Shown: positions 9,418-13,758 of the stretch, in pieces | Layout of the letters: each line of letters begins with the position of its first letter | How positions within the stretch are numbered: position 1 is the stretch's first letter | Origin: Utricularia gibba | Taxonomy: Eukaryota > Plantae > Magnoliophyta | Reading direction: 5' to 3' | Length of the DNA: 13,758 nt | Assembly: GCA_002189035.1 (NCBI GenBank) | Contig: NEEC01000400.1 | Span: 1-13,758, forward strand | Notes under the pieces: model-generated | Database searches by the model: none | The model's input: only the letters and a program-made list of their open reading frames with translations | Told to the model about the DNA's origin: nothing | Made by a program: the position numbers and the translations under genes

Positions 9418-12400
9418 GAGCACCCAAAATGGTTTTCTGAACCGCATGCTTTATATTGATAAGGCACTCTCGTGGGGCAACGGTATCGAGCAGGAGGTCG
9501 AGTCGAGCTCGGGCCCAGAGTCATTTGTAGCCCGGCAAAAAAATTGATGCATTTATTAACGTTCGGCTTTATTAGGCTGCCTACATAGGTTCTCAAGGAA
9601 AAGCTTGTCGTTTTGGGCGGGTGATGTCTTTTGGAACTTCGTTCTGACCATATGTTCGGTCTGACTCCTTTGCCACATCGGGTCCTACTCGACGAAAATC
9701 GTGATGCAGTTATTGAAGTTAGGATATCATGAGCACCCAAAATGGTTTTCTCAACCGCATGCTTTATATTTGATAAGGCACTCTCGTGGGGCAACGGTAT
9801 CGAGCAGGAGGTCGAGTCGAGCTCGGTCCCAGAGTCATTTGTAGCCCGGCAAAAAAAAATTGATGCATTTATTAACGTTCGGCTTTATTAGGCTGCCTAC
9901 ATAGTTTCTCAAGGAAAAGCTTGTCGTTTCTGGCGGGTTATGTCGTTGGAACTTCGTTCTGACCCAAGGTTCGGTCTGACTCCTTTGCCACATCGGGTCC
10001 TACTCGACGAAAATCGTGATGCAGTTATTGAAGTTAGGATGTCATGAGCACCCAAAATGGTTTTCTTACCGCATGCTTTATATTTGAGGAGGCGCTCTTG
10101 TGGGCAACGGTATCGAGCAGGAGGTCGAGTCGAGCTCGGGCCCATAGTCATTTGTAGCTCGGCAAAAAATTGATGCATTAATTAACGTTGGGTTTTAATA
10201 GCCTACATTGTTTCTCAAGGAAAAGCTTGTCGTTTCTGGGCGGGTGATGTCTTTTGGAACTTCGTTCTGACCATAGGTTCGGTCTGACTCCTTTGCCACA
10301 TCGGGTCCTACTCGACGAAAATCGTGATGCAGTTATTGAAGTTAGGATTTCATGAGCACCCAAAATGGTTTTCTCAACCGCATGCTTTATATTTGATAAG
10401 GTGCTCTCGTGGGCAACGGTATCGAGTAGGAGGTCGAGTCGCTCGGGCCCATAGTCATTTGTAGCTCGGCAAAAAACTTGATGCATTTATTAACGGTTGG
10501 TTTTAATAGGCTGCCTCAATGGTTTTCTCAAGGAAAAGCTTGTCGTTTTTGGGCGGGTGATGTCGTTGTGAACTTCGTTCTGACCCAAGGTTCGGTCTGT
10601 CTCCTTTGCCAATCTGGTCCTACTCGACGAAAATCGTGATGCAGTTATTGAAGTTAGGATTTCATGAGCACCCAAAATGCTTTTGTCAATCGCATGCTTT
10701 GTAGTTGAGGAGGCGCTCTAGTGGGGCACGGTATCGGCAAAAGGTCGAGTCGGGCTCGCTCCCAGAGTCATTTTTAGCCTGTCAAAAAAAGTGATGCATT
10801 TATTAACGTTGGGTTTTAATAGGCTGCCTACATGGTTTCTCAAGGAAAAGCTTGTCGTTTCTGGGTAGGTGATGTCTTTTGAACTTCGTTCTGACCATAG
10901 GTTCGGTCTGACTCCTTTGCCACATCGGGTCCTACTCGACGAAAATCGTGATGCAGTTATTGAAGTTAGGATTTCATGAGCACCCAAAATGGTTTTCTCA
11001 ACCGCATGCTTTATATTTGATAAGGCACTCTCGTGGGGCAACGGTATCGAGCAGGAGGTCGAGTCGAGCTCGGGCCAGAGTCATTTGTAGCCCGGCAAAA
11101 AAAATTGATGCATTTATTAACGTTCGGCTTTATTAGGCTGCCTACATAGGTTCTCAAGGAAAAGCTTGTCGTTTTTGGGCGGGTGATGTCTTTTGGAACT
11201 TCGTTCTGACCATAGGTTCGGTCTGACTCCTTTGCCACATCGGGTCCTACTCGACGAAAATCGTGATGCAGTTATTGAAGTTAGGATTTCATGAGCACCC
11301 AAAATGGTTTCTCAACCGCATGCTTTATATTTGATAAGGTGCTCTCGTGGGGCAACGGTATCGAGTAGGAGGTCGAGTCGAGCTCGGGCCCATAGTCATT
11401 TGTAGCTCGGCAAAAAACTTGATGCATTTATTAACGGTTGGTTTTAATAGGCTGCCTCAATGGTTTTCTCAAGGAAAAGCTTGTCGTTTTTGGGCGGGTG
11501 ATGTCGTTGTGAACTTCGTTCTGACCAAGGTTCGGTCTGTCTCCTTTGCCATCTGGTCCTACTCGACGAAAATCGTGATGCAGTTATTGAAGTTAGGATT
11601 TCATGAGCACCCAAAATGCTTTTGTCAATCGCATGCTTTGTAGTTGAGGAGGCGCTCTAGTGGGGCACGGTATCGGCAAAAGGTCGAGTCGGGCTCGCTC
11701 CCAGAGTCATTTTTAGCTGTCAAAAAAGTGATGCATTTATTAACGTTGGGTTTTAATAGGCTGCCTACATGGTTTCTCAAGGAAAAGCTTGTCGTTTCTG
11801 GGCGGGTGATGTCTTTTGGAACTTCGTTCTGACCATAGGTTCGGTCTGACTCCTTTGCCACATCGTCCTACTCGACGAAAATCGTGATGCAGTTATTGAA
11901 GTTAGGATTTCATGAGCACCCAAAATGGTTTTCTCAACCGCATGCTTTATATTTGATAAGGTGCTCTCGTGGGGCAACGGTATCGAGTAGGAGGTCGAGT
12001 CGAGCTCGGGCCATAGTCATTTGTAGCTCGGCAAAAAACTTGATGCATTTATTAACGGTTGGTTTTAATAGGCTGCCTCAATGGTTTCTCAAGGAAAAGC
12101 TTGTCGTTTTTGGGCGGGTGATGTCGTTGGAACTTCGTTCTGACCCAAGGTTCGGTCTGACTCCTTTGCCACATCGGGTCCTACTCGACGAAAATCGTGA
12201 TGCAGTTATTGAAGTTAGGATTTCATGAGCACCCAAAATGTTTTCTCAATCGCATGCTTTTGTATTTGAGGAGGCGCTCTAGTGGGCAACGGTATCGGGC
12301 AAAAGGTCGAGTCGAGCTCGCCCAGAGTCATTTTAGCCTGCAAAAAAAATTGATGCATTTATTAACGTTGGTTTTAATAGGCTGCCTACATGGTTTCTCA

Positions 12401-12534
12401 AGGAAAAGCTTGTCGTTTCTGGGCGGGTGATGTCTTTTGGAACTTCGTTCTGACCAAGGTTCGGTCTGACTCCTTTGCCACATCGGGTCCTACTCGACGA
12501 AAATCGTGATGCAGTTATTGAAGTTAGGATTCAT
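9418..12534. repeat. 10-monomer higher-order repeat unit, copy 2 (C C D A B C A B A B'; 3117 bp)
   Basis: Same subtype order as 6325-9417, allowing for the hybrid monomers. Confidence 0.72.
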
Positions 12535-13758
12535 GAGCACCCAAAATGGTTTTCTCAACCGCATGCTTTATATTTGATAAGGCACTCTCGTGGGGCAACG
12601 GTATCGAGCAGGAGGTCGAGTCGAGCTCGGGCCCAGAGTCATTTGTAGCTCGGCAAAAAAAATTGATGCATTTATTAACGTTGGTTTTATAGGCTGCCTA
12701 CATTTCTCAAAAGCTTGTCGTTTCTGGGCGGGTGATGTCTTTTGGAACTTCGTTCTGACCAAGGTTCGGTCTGACTCCTTTGCCACATCGGGTCCTACTC
12801 GACGAAAATCGTGATGCAGTTATTGAAGTTAGGATTCATGAGCACCCAAAATGGTTTTCTCAACCGCATGCTTTATATTTGATAAGGCCTCTCGTGGGGC
12901 AACGGTATCGAGCAGGAGGTCGAGTCGAGCTCGGCCCATAGTCATTTGTAGCTCGGCAAAAAAAATTGATGCATTTATTAACGTTGGTTTATAGGCTGCC
13001 TACATAGTTTCTCAAGGAAAAGCTTGTCGTTTCTGGCGGTGATGTCGTTGGGAACTTCGTTCTGACCCAAGGTTCGGTCTGACTCCTTTGCCAATCGGGT
13101 CCTACTCGACGAAAATCGTGATGCAGTTATTGAAGTTAGGATTCATGAGCACCCAAAATGGTTTTCTCAACCGCATGCTTTATATTTGAGGAGGCGCTCG
13201 TGGGGCAACGGTATCGAGCAGGAGGTCGAGTCGAGCTCGGCCCAGAGTCATTTGTAGCCGGCAAAAAATTGATGCATTTATTAACGTTGGGTTTTAATAG
13301 CTGCCTACATGTTTCTCAAGGAAAAGCTTGTCGTTTCTGGGCGGGTGATGTCTTTTGGAACTTCGTTCTGACCATAGGTTCGGTCTGACTCCTTTGCCAC
13401 ATCGGGTCCTACTCGACGAAAATCGTGATGCAGTTATTGAAGTTAGGATTCATGAGCACCCAAAATGGTTTTCTCAACCGCATGCTTTATATTTGATAAG
13501 GTGCTCTCGTGGGGCAACGGTATCGAGTAGGAGGTCGAGTCGAGCTCGGGCCCATAGTCATTTGTAGCTCGGCAAAAAACTTGATGCATTTATTAACGGT
13601 TGGTTTTAATAGGCTGCCTCAATGGTTTTCTCAAGGAAAAGCTTGTCGTTTTTGGGCGGGTGATGTCGTTGTGAACTTCGTTCTGACCCAAGGTTCGGTC
13701 TGTCTCCTTTGCCAATCTGGTCCTACTCGACGAAAATCGTGATGCAGTTATTGAAGTT
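12535..13758. repeat. 10-monomer higher-order repeat unit, partial copy 3 (C C D A...), truncated by the window end
   Basis: C (12535), C with the D-preceding end (12840), D (13147), A (13454). Confidence 0.68.

Larger units (their letters stand above)
1..13758. repeat. Tandem satellite DNA array, ~310-316 bp monomer, ~44.4 copies, single orientation, filling the whole window
   Basis: The anchor GAGCAC(C)CAAAATG recurs 44 times: 121, 437, 745, 1054, 1368, 1678, 1990, 2301, 2612, 2921, 3217, 3523, 3837, 4148, 4453, 4767, 5079, 5391, 5706, 6013, 6325, 6636, 6942, 7254, 7562, 7867, 8173, 8480, 8793, 9109, 9418, 9731, 10046, 10354, 10666, 10978, 11293, 11605, 11914, 12227, 12535, 12840, 13147, 13454. 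Spacing is 296-316 bp (mean about 310). All intervening sequence is homologous. The window starts and ends inside a monomer. A hand count gives 172/316 AT in 121-436. Confidence 0.99.
1..13758. repeat. Tentative family assignment: plant subtelomeric satellite resembling the Silene latifolia ~313-bp SacI / X43.1 / Sl-distal-satDNA family
   Basis: Inference from recalled family properties, not from an alignment. The monomer is ~313 bp and ~54% AT. A SacI site GAGCTC is present in most monomers (209-214). GGTATC (186-191) is one substitution from a KpnI site, and a KpnI subfamily is known for that family. Degenerate telomere-like words are present (GTTAGG, GTTGGG). Needs BLAST confirmation. Confidence 0.5.

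Noticed and set aside
176-13742. The many 61-164 aa ORFs on both strands (MGQRYRVGG..., MHQVFCRAT..., MAKESDRTY...)
   Set aside because: They are translations of the same repeat in several overlapping frames and on both strands. Frames shift freely between copies, and there is no recognisable domain or conserved frame. Not genes.
72-13758. CRISPR-like array (invariant 63-bp core alternating with variable sequence)
   Set aside because: The intervening ~250-bp segments are homologous to each other (~88% or more), not unique spacers. The sizes are wrong, and there is no leader or cas gene.
1-13758. 5S rDNA, tRNA or spliced-leader tandem gene array
   Set aside because: The unit size is compatible, but no 5S rRNA coding sequence or cloverleaf is recognisable. 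GGTTCGGTCTGACTCC only loosely resembles a Pol III B-box (GGTTCGANTCC) and has no properly placed A-box.
1-13758. Rolling-circle or concatemer artefact of a single small circle
   Set aside because: Monomers belong to several distinct substitution haplotypes in a non-uniform order, and even the 10-mer copies differ from one another. Amplification of one template would give identical units.
1-13758. Transposon remnant, LTR or MITE within the array
   Set aside because: No non-repeat insertion, terminal inverted repeat, target-site duplication or orientation switch was found anywhere in the window.

Overview
The whole 13,758-bp window is one uninterrupted head-to-tail satellite DNA array. It holds about 44.4 copies of a ~310-316 bp monomer (mean spacing about 310 bp; about 54% AT in the first full copy), with no unique sequence, genes or array ends. 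All ORFs in the track are spurious read-throughs of the repeat. The monomer length, AT content, SacI site (GAGCTC) and CG/CHG-biased transitions suggest a plant satellite. From memory it resembles the ~313-bp Silene latifolia subtelomeric family (SacI / X43.1 / Sl-distal-satDNA), but that identity is unverified. The array is structured at three levels. (1) Each monomer is an ancient dimer of two ~157-159 bp halves. (2) Monomers fall into subtypes A, B, C and a rarer D. Their order from position 121 is A B C A A B C A B C A B A B C A B A B B C C D A B C (A/C) B (C/A) B C C D A B C A B A B' C C D A. (3) The subtypes form higher-order units that grow from ~3-mers to 5-mers to a ~3.1-kb 10-mer [(CCDAB)(CABAB)] across the window. 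Many scattered 1-bp homopolymer deletions suggest noisy long-read data, so single-copy variants should be treated cautiously. I see no new protein-coding or defence system; the interest lies in repeat architecture and evolution.
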